Source: Octopus vulgaris
Lineage: Eukaryota
DNA: 64,000 bases
Direction of reading: 5' to 3'
Assembly: GCA_951406725.2 (NCBI GenBank)
Contig: OX597832.1
Location: forward strand, 43,028,001 to 43,092,000
Position numbers and translations under genes: made by a program. The first letter of the stretch is position 1; every line of letters begins with the position of its first letter. Of the stretch, positions 13,291 through 27,500 are shown piece by piece. Below the pieces are notes generated by a model. It ran no database searches, was not told where the DNA came from, and saw only the letters and a program-made list of their open reading frames with translations.

Positions 13291-13604
13291 GCCATTAAAT
13301 CAGACATCAAATTTACTGAAATCGAATCCCTCAAACCATTCCTCCCTCCTTCCCTCCTCCTTCCATCCTCCATCAATTACAGTATCATGATGCAAATTCA
13401 TATATATATATGCTATTAAACATATGGAATGCACATTCTGCATCCGCCTGCCTAGTGCACAGTGCAGGTTATTACATTTCGACATTAACACGATTCTACG
13501 GTGGTTTTTTTGTGGCTGCAATGGAAGTCGAAGTGTGTGCAGTTTAAATATCGAGTGTATTTGCATCATTGTATATACACTGTACATACACACACACATA
13601 CACG

Positions 13605-13660
<56 letters not shown>

Positions 13661-13894
13661 CAAGCGTATATATGCAGACAAGCATAGGTATACAAGCACG
13701 TACATGCTTTCTCACACACTCATAAACATGCTCAACAGAAGCACACACACTCACACACATGCGTGTGAACACGCACACACACACATATGTACATTCAGAT
13801 CGATCGATCGATAGATAGATAGAAAGATAGATACATGCATATATGTGTGTATGTGTATATGTATATATATATGTGTGTGTATGTATGTATGAAC

Positions 13895-13949
<55 letters not shown>

Positions 13950-14229
13950 TATATATGTATGTATGTATGTATATACACATACACACATAGATATGAATGT
14001 ATATACATACATACATATATACATTGATATGTATATATATATATATATAAATATACATTGATATGTATATATATATATACATATATATATAAATCATGTC
14101 GGTATGGATATATATACATACATACACACGCACACATACATACATACAAACATACATACATACATACATACAAAGATCTGTTTGTATACAGGTATCTAAT
14201 TCAAAGCTACAGGTTTGTCGGATTCTGTG

Positions 14230-14350
14230 TCATGCCGGACCTCCCCGAGAATCTACGTTGAGGGTACGTGTGTCTCTGGAGTGCTCACCCAGTTGCATAT
14301 TAAGTTCAAGAGCGGGCTGTTCCGTTAAACGGATCAACTGGAGTAACAGT
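14230..14350 (+). mobile_element. 3' fragment of SINE family C
   Basis: Matches 58440-58560 (CCCCGAGAA..TACGTT.AGGGTAC..GTGTCT.TGGAGTGCTCA). Confidence 0.7.
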
Positions 14351-14592
14351 CACCGTAACCGCTATAGTGCCAGTACATATGCATGCATGTAGACATGTAT
14401 ATGTGTATGTAAATGTGGTATGCGTATGCTTTGTTTCCTTGTGTATACATCTATTTGTAGTACTCAATATAAAATATAAAACACCTATGTGGAGTTTCAT
14501 ATTATCTCATACACAATCTTTTACCACGTCCCACTGAATTGCCGAGATTGAAAACCATCCATCTGTAAAATTTAGGTAACATAATATGTTAG

Positions 14593-14594
<2 letters not shown>

Positions 14595-14624
<30 letters not shown>

Positions 14625-14876
14625 TGTATGTATGTATGTATGTATGTATGTATGTATGTATGTATGTATGTATGCATGTATGTATGTATGTATGTATGTA
14701 TGTATGTATGTATGTATGTATGTATGTATGTATGTATGTATGTATGTATGTAGGTATGTATGTATGTATGTATGTATATATATATGTGTGTGTATGTATG
14801 TATGTATATGTGTGTTTGTATGTATGTATGTATGTATGTATATGTGTGTATGTATGTATGTATGTATGTATATGTG

Positions 14877-14908
<32 letters not shown>

Positions 14909-14980
14909 GGTATGTATATATGTATGTATGTATGTATATGTATGTATGTATGTATGTATGTATATATGTATGTATGTATG

Positions 14981-15014
<34 letters not shown>

Positions 15015-15050
15015 TGTGTATGTATGTATGTGTATGTATGTATGTATGTA
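14595..15050. repeat. (TATG)n microsatellite
   Basis: Direct reading. Confidence 0.95.
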
Positions 15051-15202
15051 TACAGGAAGTAGTAGAGTGCATTGACACTTTACAAGTTTGATAAGTGCCA
15101 ACGCACGAAACTGTCGGACTTGAGTCACTCTGCTCTAAACATTAATAAAAACATACATTAATTCATATTTTGAGTTGCATTTTTCCTGTTTGCATCAACA
15201 TA

Positions 15203-15253
<51 letters not shown>

Positions 15254-15267
15254 TGTGTGTATGTATG

Positions 15268-15300
<33 letters not shown>

Positions 15301-15388
15301 ATAAATATATATACAGGTGTATATATACAGAGAGAGAGAGGGGGAGAGAGAGAAAGGGAGACAGACAGACTGACAGACAGACAAACAA

Positions 15389-15441
<53 letters not shown>

Positions 15442-15636
15442 GAAAGAGAGAGCGATTAAATGGACGAGTCCTACGCCGCCGCAAAACTTTACATCCTATG
15501 GTGCCAAGTCAAACTGATATTAAAAAATATAACTCCTACACAATTGTGTTGAGTGCCTCTTTCATATATACATTCATATATATCTACACACACACTTCTA
15601 TGTATGTATATATGTATGTATGTGTGTATATATGTA

Positions 15637-15673
<37 letters not shown>

Positions 15674-15680
15674 CGAGATA

Positions 15681-15725
<45 letters not shown>

Positions 15726-15726
<1 letters not shown>

Positions 15727-15843
15727 GAGTGTGTTGAATTATAAAGCACCCAGACACAACAGAATATGCTTCAGCACACGAACTCACATAAAGAATCTTG
15801 CATATTCTGTTGTGTCTGGGTGCTTTATAATTCAACACACTCT
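15726..15843. repeat. Perfect 44-bp inverted repeat with a 30-bp spacer
   Basis: AGAGTGTGTTGAATTATAAAGCACCCAGACACAACAGAATATGC at 15726-15769 and its reverse complement at 15800-15843. Confidence 0.92.
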
Positions 15844-16200
15844 TTTAGTGCCTTATAATTTAACACACTCACCGGTAAAATTTCCACTTATTTCTTTTAT
15901 CTATGTTTATTTTGTAATGTATAGATACCGGTGTGCGGGTGTTTATATATATATATATGTGTGCATACTTCCAATCTGTCAGTCAGTGAGAGTATATTGA
16001 TGCCTAGTTGTCATGGTAACCATTCCGGATCACTTCCTTTCCACGACTCTCACTCTCTCCGCTTTGTCGTTGACGTGATGTCGAAATTTGACGACGGCGA
16101 CGATGACGACGATAATGACGACGACGACGACGAAAATTATGACGATCGTGACGACGACGACGACGACTGTGAAAGCGAAAATGACAATGACTAAGCCGAA

Positions 16201-16243
<43 letters not shown>

Positions 16244-16381
16244 TGTGTGTGTATGTGTGTGTGGTGTTGCTGGTTGTGGTGTGTGTGAAGATATGTAGGT
16301 CACACAGTATCTCTATTTGTGGTCAATTATATAGCGTGTTCTGTTACCTTTTGTGTGTGTCAGTCTATGTATGTATGTATG

Positions 16382-16419
<38 letters not shown>

Positions 16420-16423
<4 letters not shown>

Positions 16424-16481
16424 CCTTTTCTTTGTATATATTATTCTGTGTATGTCTGTACACCTGTGTGTGTGTGCATGT

Positions 16482-16514
<33 letters not shown>

Positions 16515-16670
16515 CACCTTTTCTTTGAATATATTATTCTGTGTATGTCTGGACACCTGTGTGTGTGTGCGTGTGTGTGAGTATGTGTGTGTGTGTGTGT
16601 GTGTGTGTGCACCTTTTTTTTGTATATATTATTCTGTGTATGTCTGTACACCTGTGTGTGTGTGCGTGTG
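16420..16670. repeat. Tandem repeat, ~94-bp unit x3, with embedded (TG)n
   Basis: GCACCTTTT.TTTG.ATATATTATTCTGTGTATGTCTG.ACACCTG occurs three times. Confidence 0.9.
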
Positions 16671-16864
16671 TGTGAGAGTGTCACTTTCTTCATGCCCGTA
16701 TCTGCTCCATATGCGTGTGTTCGCGTCATGCTATATTTGCGCATATTAACGTGTTGATAGATGGGCGCGCGAACGCGTGTATAAAAAATGACATCATAAT
16801 TAATATACCTGAACAAATGTACCTATATACACACACACACACATATATATATATACATACATTC

Positions 16865-16933
<69 letters not shown>

Positions 16934-17335
16934 AATAATATAAACATGTGTGTGTGTATGTTAAGACGTATGTATATATTATGTATATGTGTGTATCTGT
17001 ACGAGGCGAGTTACCTAATCGTAAGTGGGTGTTTCTTCGGAGTAACTGCATATATAGCACATGTGTTTATCTATGTGTGGAGAAGTGTGCGCGTGCATTT
17101 GTATTAGCGTGGCGGTGCGTGTGTTCATGCAGCCTTGTCGAAATACTTTAAAAATTATCTAACAACTAATTATTGTTATATCGGAAAATATAGGAGTTGC
17201 ATTGAGATTCGACGATATAATAAATTATGCAAAGGCAATGACGTCATGCACGAATTTTGTTCATTGTTGTTGTTGTTGTTGTTGTTGTTATTATTATTAT
17301 TATTAATCATAATAATAATAATAATAATAATAATG

Positions 17336-17412
<77 letters not shown>

Positions 17413-17499
17413 AGAAGAAGAAGAAGAAGAAGAAGAAGAAGAAGAAGAAGAAGAAGAAGAAGAAAAAAGAAGAAGAAGAAGAATTTCTATATTTATTTC

Positions 17500-18060
17500 A
17501 TGCAAAAAAAATATAGAAATGAAAGTTATAAGCGAGATTTCCAAAGATAGTCGAGGAAAATAGTACAAGTGAGACATGGTTGTGGTTACAGAAAGGAAAG
17601 CTGAAAAGCAAGGCAGAAAGTCTGCTGGGGCAGCATAAGATCAGGCATTGAGGACCAACTGGATTAAAACAATGATAGACAAAAACCAGGTGGGTTCCCA
17701 GAGTAGGTTATGTAAATCAAAGGAAGAAAGTTTAGCCATATAGTTCGTGAAAGTAGTCTGCTGCCATAGAAAGAATACAAGTAAATGCATGATAATCTAG
17801 AGAGAATAATCCAGCTAGGTCTTGACTTTACAGACAAATGGTATGAATAGGATCCTAGTAAAGTGCTAGAAAGTAAGAAATATAAGATGTGGGATTGTAA
17901 CATTCAATTCGAAGGGGTAATAAAAGCTTGAAGACCTGATTAAGTAGTAGTAGATAAAGAGAATAGAGGGTGCTAGGTAACTGACTTTAATGTCTCAATA
18001 TGAAAGTCTATATAAGCGGTATAGAGAAAATTGCAAAGTACGAGGACCAAGCTATAGTTT
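17500..18060 (+). mobile_element. Degenerate R4/Dong-clade (REL endonuclease) non-LTR retrotransposon fragment
   Basis: Translates with stops and frameshifts as ETWLWLQKGKLKSKAESLL..A*DQALRTNWIKTMIDK...RLCKSKEES.SHIV...KEYK*MHDN...WYE*DPSKVLES..WDCNIQ...RPDL.VVDKE, i.e. a decayed CCHC knuckle, RHD and RPD motifs. Preceded by (TAA)n/(GAA)n. Confidence 0.82.
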
Positions 18061-18190
18061 TTTTCTTCTACGGAAGGAAGAGCAAGCCTTCTTCTATCAT
18101 ACTCTCAAATTTGGTCATCTCGGAGGAGATAGTGTTAGTTGAAGGCTACCAAACCTGCCACACACACAGACGACTTCAGCTTTATATATG

Positions 18191-18573
18191 GGAAGCACTC
18201 CGTCGGTTACGACGACGAGGGTTCCGGTTGATCCGAATCAACGGAACAGCCTGCTCGTGAAATTAACGTGTAAGTGGCTGAGCACTTCACAGACACGTGT
18301 ACCCTTAACGTAGTTCTCAGGGATATTCACGTGACACAGAGAGTGACAAGGCCGGCCCTTTGAAATACAGATACAACAGAAACAGGAAGTAAGAGTAAGA
18401 GAAAGTTGTGGTGAAAGAGTACAGCAGGGATCACCACCATCCCTGCCGGAGCCTCGTGGAGCTTTTAGGTGTTTTCGCTCAATAAACACTCACAACGCCC
18501 GGTCTGGGAATCGAAACCGCGATCCTACGACTGCGAGTCCGCTGCCCTAACCACTAGGCCATTGCGCCTCCAC
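18191..18573 (-). mobile_element. tRNA-derived SINE family C, full length, with TSD
   Basis: Reverse complement of 58203-58577. [14 protein letters not shown] at 18179-18189 and 18575-18585. Confidence 0.9.
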
Positions 18574-18625
18574 TGCTTTATATATATATATAGATAAGTG
18601 ACAAGTGAATGTTTCCTTTTTGGTT

Positions 18626-19492
18626 TTAATATTGCGTCGAGCCACCATCGTTATTTCATACCCGAAAACTACATATTTACTAAAATGGTCCATGAGGAAA
18701 TTAGCAAGCAGTAGAACAGTGTTTTATTAAAGCGCATGGTAGCTGTGAGGATTAAAAAAAAAACGAGGCAGACAAAATTGTAGTCTCTGATACAATTAAG
18801 ATGATTAAAAACTGTTAAACTTGTCCAGTATCCCTGTAGATAACGAAAATTTATATGAACACAAACTTGATTTTGATCTCATAATACTTAGGAATTTCGG
18901 CAAAATTTCACCAATATTTTGGTGGAGTCCCAGTTATTTTTGTCTGCTTGAAAAGCACTGCAATAAAAGATAAATATTTTAAAAAGTAATTACAAACGAT
19001 TTGTCTTGTCATAAGCAATATGTTTACGTGCCAATAAAGATAAGTCTGAGCAAATAAATATATTCGTAGTGTACATAGACATCTCAAAATTAGACGACAT
19101 CATTTTTGAAAGATTCATTTCTCATATCTTCGTTGGGAATTACTGGTCGAAGAAGCGGTTTTCTTCTGGTTGCTCTGACTTAGTGGACAAGCTGATGGAA
19201 GTAGCTCACAGAAATACTCCGACCCATTTGGAGGGGCACTGCAATATTAGCCGAGATAATTTTCAACAATCTGTCCGACAGCCAAAAGTATCTATCACAG
19301 GGTCCAGGTCCACTTGATTCTGTTCATTCCTTTCCTTTACTGGTGAATTGCGCAGTCACCTTATTCTCTGTGGCAAGAAAAATCTCATGGTTTAGTACAA
19401 TCATACGCTGACTAAATACCCCATTCTGATTCATCCTCAATACGTCCTCTTTGAAAATTAGCCACATCTTTTGCTTCTGGTGTTCGTGGCAT
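18626..19492 (-). pseudogene. Decayed Tc1-family transposase
   Basis: Minus strand from 19492 reads MPRTPEAKDVANFQRGRIE.../FSQRMIV..ATENKVTAQF..GKE (paired-like HTH), then ...RATRRKPLLRP (Tc1 ARRKPLL motif). A probable C-terminus NNDGGSTQY* ends at 18626. The catalytic middle is not recognisable. Confidence 0.7.
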
Positions 19493-19884
19493 GGTTAATT
19501 GCTATAAACAACGTACTATAAATCTGAAATAAAAAGAAATAATACAAATCTGAAATCCAGGTAATGTCCACACAGTTAAAATGGTATAATAAATGGTGCC
19601 TAACTACGTCAATGACATTATGTCCGTGTGATCAGGTTCTTCGTATAACGTGTATATGTCACAAATCTCTTACCATAACGTGTATATGTCATTAGGAATA
19701 TGACAGCGTGACGATGTTCTCACCGTAACGTGTTGCATGTCATTAGCGTAACGTGTCAATATGGCAGTGCTAGAATATATATGCTATATATATTCAGAGA
19801 GATAGATAGATAGAGATAGAGAGAGAGAGAGAGAGAAGAGACAGACAGACAGACAGACAGCCAGATAGACATATTAGATAGATT

Positions 19885-20030
<146 letters not shown>

Positions 20031-20134
20031 CGGGTGCGTGTATATATGCATATATATTTAGACATTTCATACCCAACACACAATTTTAAAAACTGCGAGA
20101 GATGGGAAATGAATTATTTTTAATTCATATCCGT

Positions 20135-20430
20135 TTCCCAAAGCCTTGTGTGTGGATTTGGTACACGGAAACTGAAAGAAGCCCGTCGAATACTTGCGTG
20201 TGTGTGTGAGTGAGTGAGTGAGTGTTGGGTATAAAACTGTGTTTGTCTCCCACCACCACTTGACTACCTGAGGTTCGGCAAAAGAAACCGACAGAAAAAG
20301 TAACTGACTTCATAAACACCACAAAAAAAAAAAAAAGAATAAGAAATACTTGGGTCTATTCATTCAACTAAAATTCTTCAACTTGGTGCCTCAGCATAAG
20401 CAGAGACTAATGACTGAAACAAGTAAAAGA
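20135..20430 (+). mobile_element. SINE family A, old and truncated
   Basis: CCAAAGCCTTGTG.GTGGATTTGGTA.ACGGAAACTGAAAGAAGCCCGTCG plus the family tail. Confidence 0.8.
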
Positions 20431-21253
20431 TATATATATATACATATTATGTGTGCGTATGTGTACACATATGTATATTGTTGTATTTCGGTGTGGTCAT
20501 TTCATGTTTCTTTCTTCCCAAATAAACACACACACTGTATATTCGTTCTTCACTCGTTTATTACTCTTCTTATTCTCACTCATGACCATTGTTTAGAAAT
20601 CTTTCGTCACACATCTGTGACCTCCTCAGCAACATATCACGTCTTCGTATGTGCTTTTGCTCTACTTATTCCATTCTTTGAGAATATTTCTTTCGTCATA
20701 GTAGAACAACTTAAATAGTGTGTGTAAATGTTCAGATACCTTAATAGTTTCGGATGTGTGATCAGAGATCTTCAGTAAGTGAAGACATTCCAGAAAATAC
20801 CTTTCAAACAATTAGAGTATTAGGATAAATTAACATATCGCAAACTGATGTTTCATAAACGTATACACATTCTAATAGCTGATAGAAAAGGGTTAATATT
20901 TAACAGCTACAAAATAAACAGGTCAACTTAGGGGAGATAATTCATATTACTTTAGTAACTTGCAAAAGGTTACCACCTCAATAATATCGAGTGTGCGACA
21001 AAATTTGATATATTTTCTTTATTTTTCTTTTTTCTTTTGCTAGAGTGCAGTTGACCTTTTTCGATTTGAAATCACGAATACCTAGCAAGCGATTAATTTG
21101 TCAAAGCTTCACTATACCTAAGAAGTTATCGAGTTCTTCAATTTTGTTTTTGAGTACACCTTCAGTTTTACGTAGATATATAATACACATGTGGATAGGC
21201 GTATGTTTATAGATATGTTTGTATGCATTTATGTATGTATGCATCTATCTATC

Positions 21254-21322
<69 letters not shown>

Positions 21323-21942
21323 GTATGTATGTATGTATGTATGAATGTTTTCTATGTATGCATGCATGTATCCACACATATATATTATTTACTTTCACTG
21401 TTTATCTCTGTCTCTCACCTTCTCTCGCTCCATATATATATATATACATGTATATATATATATATATACATATATACATATACATATATATATATATATT
21501 CATTTATACATATATACATATATGAGGGTGATTAGGCGTTTTTATGCAAGTTGTCACACGTACAAACTACTACATAATACTATGAGTAAATATATATATA
21601 TATCTACATATATATATATCATGTATATCTATGATTATGTGTGCATATAAATATGCATATATATGTACACCTGTGTGTGCTTGCGCGCCCGTGCGTGTAT
21701 GTATGTGGATGCCTGTGTGCTTGTACGCGTATGCTTCTCACAGGTGTATGGCGGAGTTTTTCTACATTAGTACCAACCAACACAATAGTGACAGTAGTTT
21801 TTAGTATATTCATTATTATTTTTGCCTTTACACGTTCAACCGGAAATTAAAAGTAGTATTTCTTTAATTATATTTTTTCTTCTTTTCTTATTTTTTCTTT
21901 CCTTACGTCTTTCGTTGTTTCATCCATTCATTCATTCAGTCA

Positions 21943-21986
<44 letters not shown>

Positions 21987-22140
21987 ATACCACCACCATG
22001 GTGATTGATTTCACAAAGACAATTATAGACACACAGCTGTACTAAGAACCTAAGAACTTGTAACCATTCGATATGACTGCATTACATTCTCTTAGGGTAC
22101 ATGTTCCTTTCACTTGTACTTCCATGAAGCACATATGTGT

Positions 22141-22177
<37 letters not shown>

Positions 22178-22280
22178 TAGGTGTGTGTGTGTGCATGTCT
22201 TTTTATATATATACATACACACACAAACACACACACACGCACATATAACAAATCTTCATGAATATATAGGTACCAGTTCA

Positions 22281-22329
<49 letters not shown>

Positions 22330-22368
22330 ATGTATGTATGTATGTAAATATATAAAAATACATTTATA

Positions 22369-22423
<55 letters not shown>

Positions 22424-22487
22424 CTATATATATACATATATATATACATATACATACGTACAAACATATATATACATACATACATAA

Positions 22488-22540
<53 letters not shown>

Positions 22541-22894
22541 CATATATATACACATACATATATTTATATATACATATATATATATCATAGGTAATCTAAG
22601 ACAAGTCGTTTCGGTCCGGTGTTACAGTAAATAATTATTTGACATTTTCTTTCAGAAAAAGTCAGTTTTTGTTTTGTCTGATGTCTTTTGTTTTCTATTG
22701 CTTTGTTTTACTTGTTTTACCTTTTTATTTCTTTATTCTTTTTTTAACGCCTATTATAAATTCTTTGTCGTAGCACCAAAAGGCAACAGACATAATTGAG
22801 AGACATAGTGTTTGTTTGTATTATTACAAGTTCGTTAAATGTTTATGCTGTCGTATATATATATTTAGAGATTCATTCTGTTACTCCGTTTTTG

Positions 22895-23148
22895 TTTGTT
22901 TCAGGTCATTTTACTGAGGCCATGCTGGAGCACCGTCTTAAAATGGTTTTAGTCGAGGAAATCGATCCCAGGACGTGTTCTTTGTAAACCTAGTACTTAT
23001 GATATCGGACTATTTTGCCGAACTGCTAAGCTTCCGCGACATAAACACACCAGCGTCGGTTGCCAAGCAATTGTGGGACAGGGGAAAAAAGTACAGTCTC
23101 TCAGACACATATAAATACATACATGTACATATACATACATATATATAC

Positions 23149-23203
<55 letters not shown>

Positions 23204-23205
23204 CA

Positions 23206-23262
<57 letters not shown>

Positions 23263-23462
23263 ATGACCTCGTGATTACCACTGGCGATTTTTTTCCTCTG
23301 TCTTCCCTTCTCGGGATCTTTCCTTCTCCTATGTTTCCGACGAAGAGCTCCGCTCGAAACGTTAAACCCTCCTTCTTCCCTTCTTTCCTGAGCGTCCAAT
23401 AATACTTTATTTGTTCCACGTCCTCGCGTTGTTGTGTTTTTTTGTGTTTTTCTTGTTTGGAT

Positions 23463-23528
<66 letters not shown>

Positions 23529-23770
23529 CATACATACACATACACACATACATACATACATACATACATACATACATACATACATACATACATACATACA
23601 TACATACATACAACAGGCTTCTTTCAGTTACGGTCCACCAAATCCACTCACAAGGCTTTGGACGGCCTGAGGCTATAGGAGAAGACACTTGCCCAATGTA
23701 CCATGTACTGGGACTGAACCCAGTACCATGTGGTTGAGAAGTAAGCTTCTTACAACACAGTCATGCCTGC
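22895..23770 (-). mobile_element. SINE family A, split by a P1 insert and microsatellites
   Basis: Tail at 22895-23085 and head at 23612-23770. Confidence 0.85.
23262..23466 (+). mobile_element. P1 hammerhead-bearing fragment (core mutated to CCGACGA, motif at 23333-23367)
   Basis: Homologous to 7858-8052. Confidence 0.78.
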
Positions 23771-24051
23771 GTTTATGTGTATTCTCTTGATATTCGTTCA
23801 TATTCCTCGTGAGTTTCACCGCTAGCATCGTATTTTTTTATGTCCGATCTTCTATGCCGGCACGGTTTGAACGTGAGACTCTCAGTTCGTACATGACAGC
23901 TGGTTACCAATCTTTTTAGTCAACTCACAATGAAACTGCAACGAAAAAGCGTATCTATTCTAAAACTTAATAAGACTTAATATTTCGTTTATATTGGTTC
24001 TTGATTGTTGTGGGTTTAATTATTTTCACACACACACACACACACACATAC

Positions 24052-24115
<64 letters not shown>

Positions 24116-24176
24116 TATATGTAGTGCGAAACAATTGTACCAAATTACCGGAGTCATTCTTGTTGCTTATTTTTGA

Positions 24177-24238
<62 letters not shown>

Positions 24239-24574
24239 GAGAGTTTACGAAAAAACAAAAGACGAAGACAGGTTGTGAACGGCATTTGATGAAACTTGCA
24301 GGAAAAGTTGGTAATGACACAAGAAGCAGATGATGAAATTCTGGTAGTGATCTGAGAATTTTAATGGATTCTGGAAGGATTTTTCATTTGTTATATTTAT
24401 TTTACATGAAGAATTACAATGTTAAGTTCTTTGATTATCTCCCTTGAAAACACGTTCATCGATTCCACATAACCTATGGTGGTGTTGCTGTTTCCAGAGT
24501 TTATTTTCGTTTCTGTATTAGTAATTTTACTCGCATATCTCTCTTAAAATGAGCTGCTTGGTGGAGGTCTGCGG

Positions 24575-24640
24575 AGGATGAAATGACAAGCCTTGACTAT
24601 TGGGATCGACTCAAAAAGCTCAGGCTTTGCTCCCTCCAGT
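24575..24640 (+). mobile_element. Short CR1-clade LINE fragment
   Basis: MTSLDYWDRLKKLRLCSLQ, homologous to MAALDYWDRLKALKLYSLQ in the 25762 ORF. Confidence 0.65.
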
Positions 24641-25334
24641 CGTATGGTGAAACTAGCTTGCTGTTGTCATTGACGTATTATAACTAACTGCTTCAGATGA
24701 TTCCTGTTTTAAAGGTTTTTTTTTTAATCATATGGCTGTGCTAATTTTTTTTTACCCCTGCCAAGGAGGTTTTGTTTTGCCGGCGTTGGTTTAGGAAATT
24801 GGGCGATTTTCAGCTTGCATGTCTATGGGTGAAAATGAGCTGCATGTTTTATTAATGTTATTTTCATATCGATTTGATGAGCTCAAATTTCATCCATATT
24901 GTTTAATACGTGTTATAAAATCAAACTCCGATAATTTTGGCTCCTGTTGTTTATAGGATTCAATTACTTTTATATCTGTACCGTATTTATTCTTTATTTC
25001 ATTGGTTTCAAACACTTCAAGCAATGGTTTACGGCCATGCTGGGGCAATGGCTTAAAGACGATTATATCGACTCCAGTGCTTATATTAATCTGTTCCGCA
25101 TTTTATCGATCTATCTATTTAGCGAATTGCTCATTTAGGTATTTTAGGAAAGCATGCAATCTCACACCAGTTTGCACAAGAATAAACATAGGCATATATA
25201 CAGAGTACATACATGCATGTATACATACTTTAATATATAAACACACACATATATATGTCTATATATGTATATATATATGCATACACACACACACACTCAC
25301 TCACACACACACACACACACGCACACATATATAT

Positions 25335-25666
<332 letters not shown>

Positions 25667-25667
25667 A

Positions 25668-26832
25668 AACTTAGATAAAACTTAGATATGTTTCGACCAG
25701 AGATTGGTCCAGGCCATGTCTAACTTAATAGCACCACCTGATAGGATTATTCGAATCCTGTTTAAGTCAAGTTTTGTTCAAGTAGTGAGTTCTTGTTGGG
25801 TGAGTTGTATCCAATTATGGGTGGCTTGTCTGGTATTCTTTGAAGGAATCCATCCAGACTCTGTTTGAAGTTGATGGGATCCTTTTCCTCTTTGATCTCC
25901 CTCGGGACAATGTTAAATAGGGCAGGGCCTGTTGAGGAAAAGAAATTATGTTGCAGTGTACATGTATGTTGTGATCTTGAATTTGGCAGGGGACGTATAG
26001 CCCGTGGTCCAAGTCTCGGATGAACCTTGAAGCTAATGTTTAGGTCGTTTGGGCAAAGTTGGCGGTATATTTTCCACATCGTACAAATGATGTACCGCTC
26101 ACGGCGACGCTGGAGGGAGTAAAGTTTCAAGGCTTTAAGGCGATCCCAATAGTCGAGAGCAGCCATGCCTTCAATTTGTTTAGTGAGAGCCCTCTGGGGT
26201 GACTCAATTCTGGAGATGTTTTGTCTTGTGTGAGGAGACCACAGTGGGCAGCAGTATTCAAGGTGTGGCCGTACAAAGGATGAAAAAAGTGGTATGATGA
26301 CACCTTGTTCTCTGGACCGGAAAGTTCTTAAGATCCAGGAACTCATCCTACGAGCTGTATCGACCTTCATGTTGATGTGTGCACTCCAACTGAGATCGTC
26401 ATCAACAATTACACCCAGGTCTCTGATATTGTTAGAGGCTGTGAGCGGTTCCCCTGAAGGAAGAGAGTATGGTTGTTTTAGTGAGGAATTTCTTCCAAAA
26501 TGCATCAGCTCAAATTTTCCCTCATTCAGTTGCATTTTGTTTCTGTCTGCCCATTGACTCACAGCATATAGGTCAGACTGGAGTTGAGTTCGGTCTGCTT
26601 CTTCATTGACGATTTGCTGGAGCTTAGTGTCATCAGCGAATATTTTCACTTTGCAGTGATGTACGACACTGGAAAGGTCGTTTACATAAATTATGAAGAG
26701 TAGCGGACCCAAAACAGTTCCCTGGGGAACACCGCTGGTGACTTTTGCTGGGTTTGAGTGGACTCCATCAACTACAACATGTTGTGTTCTATTCGCTAGG
26801 AAATACTGAATCCAGTGTAGAACTTTTCCAAC
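25668..26832 (-). mobile_element. CR1-clade LINE, 5'-truncated, young
   Basis: Open RT frame to the stop, a short 3' UTR, and a tail of repeated TATCTAAGTTT abutting (TA)n. Confidence 0.92.
25762..26832 (-). CDS. LINE ORF2 reverse transcriptase C-terminal half (no start codon; transposon-derived)
   Basis: Uninterrupted VGKVLHWIQYFLANRTQHVVVDG...SGVPQGTVLGPLLFIIYVNDL...IFADDTKL...RDLGV...VRPHLEYCCPLWSP...YWDRLKALKLYSLQRRRERY. Confidence 0.9.
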   Translation of the reverse strand, partial: VGKVLHWIQYFLANRTQHVVVDGVHSNPAKVTSGVPQGTVLGPLLFIIYVNDLSSVVHHCKVKIFADDTKLQQIVNEEADRTQLQSDLYAVSQWADRNKMQLNEGKFELMHFGRNSSLKQPYSLPSGEPLTASNNIRDLGVIVDDDLSWSAHINMKVDTARRMSSWILRTFRSREQGVIIPLFSSFVRPHLEYCCPLWSPHTRQNISRIESPQRALTKQIEGMAALDYWDRLKALKLYSLQRRRERYIICTMWKIYRQLCPNDLNISFKVHPRLGPRAIRPLPNSRSQHTCTLQHNFFSSTGPALFNIVPREIKEEKDPINFKQSLDGFLQRIPDKPPIIGYNSPNKNSLLEQNLT

Positions 26833-27148
26833 ATGTATATATGTATGTGTGTATATCTGCCAACATACAGGTCTAATACGTTCAACGAATAAAATTCTTT
26901 ATAGCACGTTCAAATCCTTTCCGCAAATAAACAAAATTACTGAAACCACAACTAGAACTAAATATACGTGAAGAAGAAACAGAAGAGAATTAGCGAGGAA
27001 ATCGACACGAACTGAGACAACAATGAAACTATATAAACAAAGAACGTCCTCTCGGCTGCCAATCGACGTGATTTCATTACCAGAAACAGGACCACACGAT
27101 CCAACGTTGTCAACACTGTTATAACTAGATTTAACATTGCCATTGCTT

Positions 27149-27192
<44 letters not shown>

Positions 27193-27500
27193 GTGAAATT
27201 ATAAATCATTTATATGTTTTAAGCTACGCAACACTTTTTCGAGATAATAGAATCTTTTTATTGTTAAATATAATTTGGTCAAACTATTCCCCTGTCATTT
27301 GTGATTCTAAACACTCCTTATAGTTTTCTCTTGTATCTTACTGTATATCTTATATGTTTTGTAGAATGAGATATCAAGGAGTTTTTTATGAGTATTGCCG
27401 GATTATTTAAATCCATAAATTGTGACATGCATTTATATATATATATATATATATATTGATAAAAATGGTAAAACAACAAAAGAATGAAAGAGACCTCAAT

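Noticed and set aside
12906-13298. His/Gln/Thr/Asn-rich ORF resembling a transcription factor N-terminus
   Set aside because: It is made almost entirely of (CAC)/(CAA) repeats and ends in a stop with no domain or donor site.
16420-16670. Regularly spaced repeats with variable spacers (CRISPR-like), also at 61290-61790
   Set aside because: The spacers are microsatellite variants of each other, the context is eukaryotic, and there are no cas genes.
18829-18855. ATCCCTGTAGATAACGAAAATTT, superficially like miR-10 (UACCCUGUAGAUCCGAAUUUG)
   Set aside because: The seed and 3' half mismatch, there is no complementary star arm or hairpin, and it lies within the span of a decayed Tc1 element.
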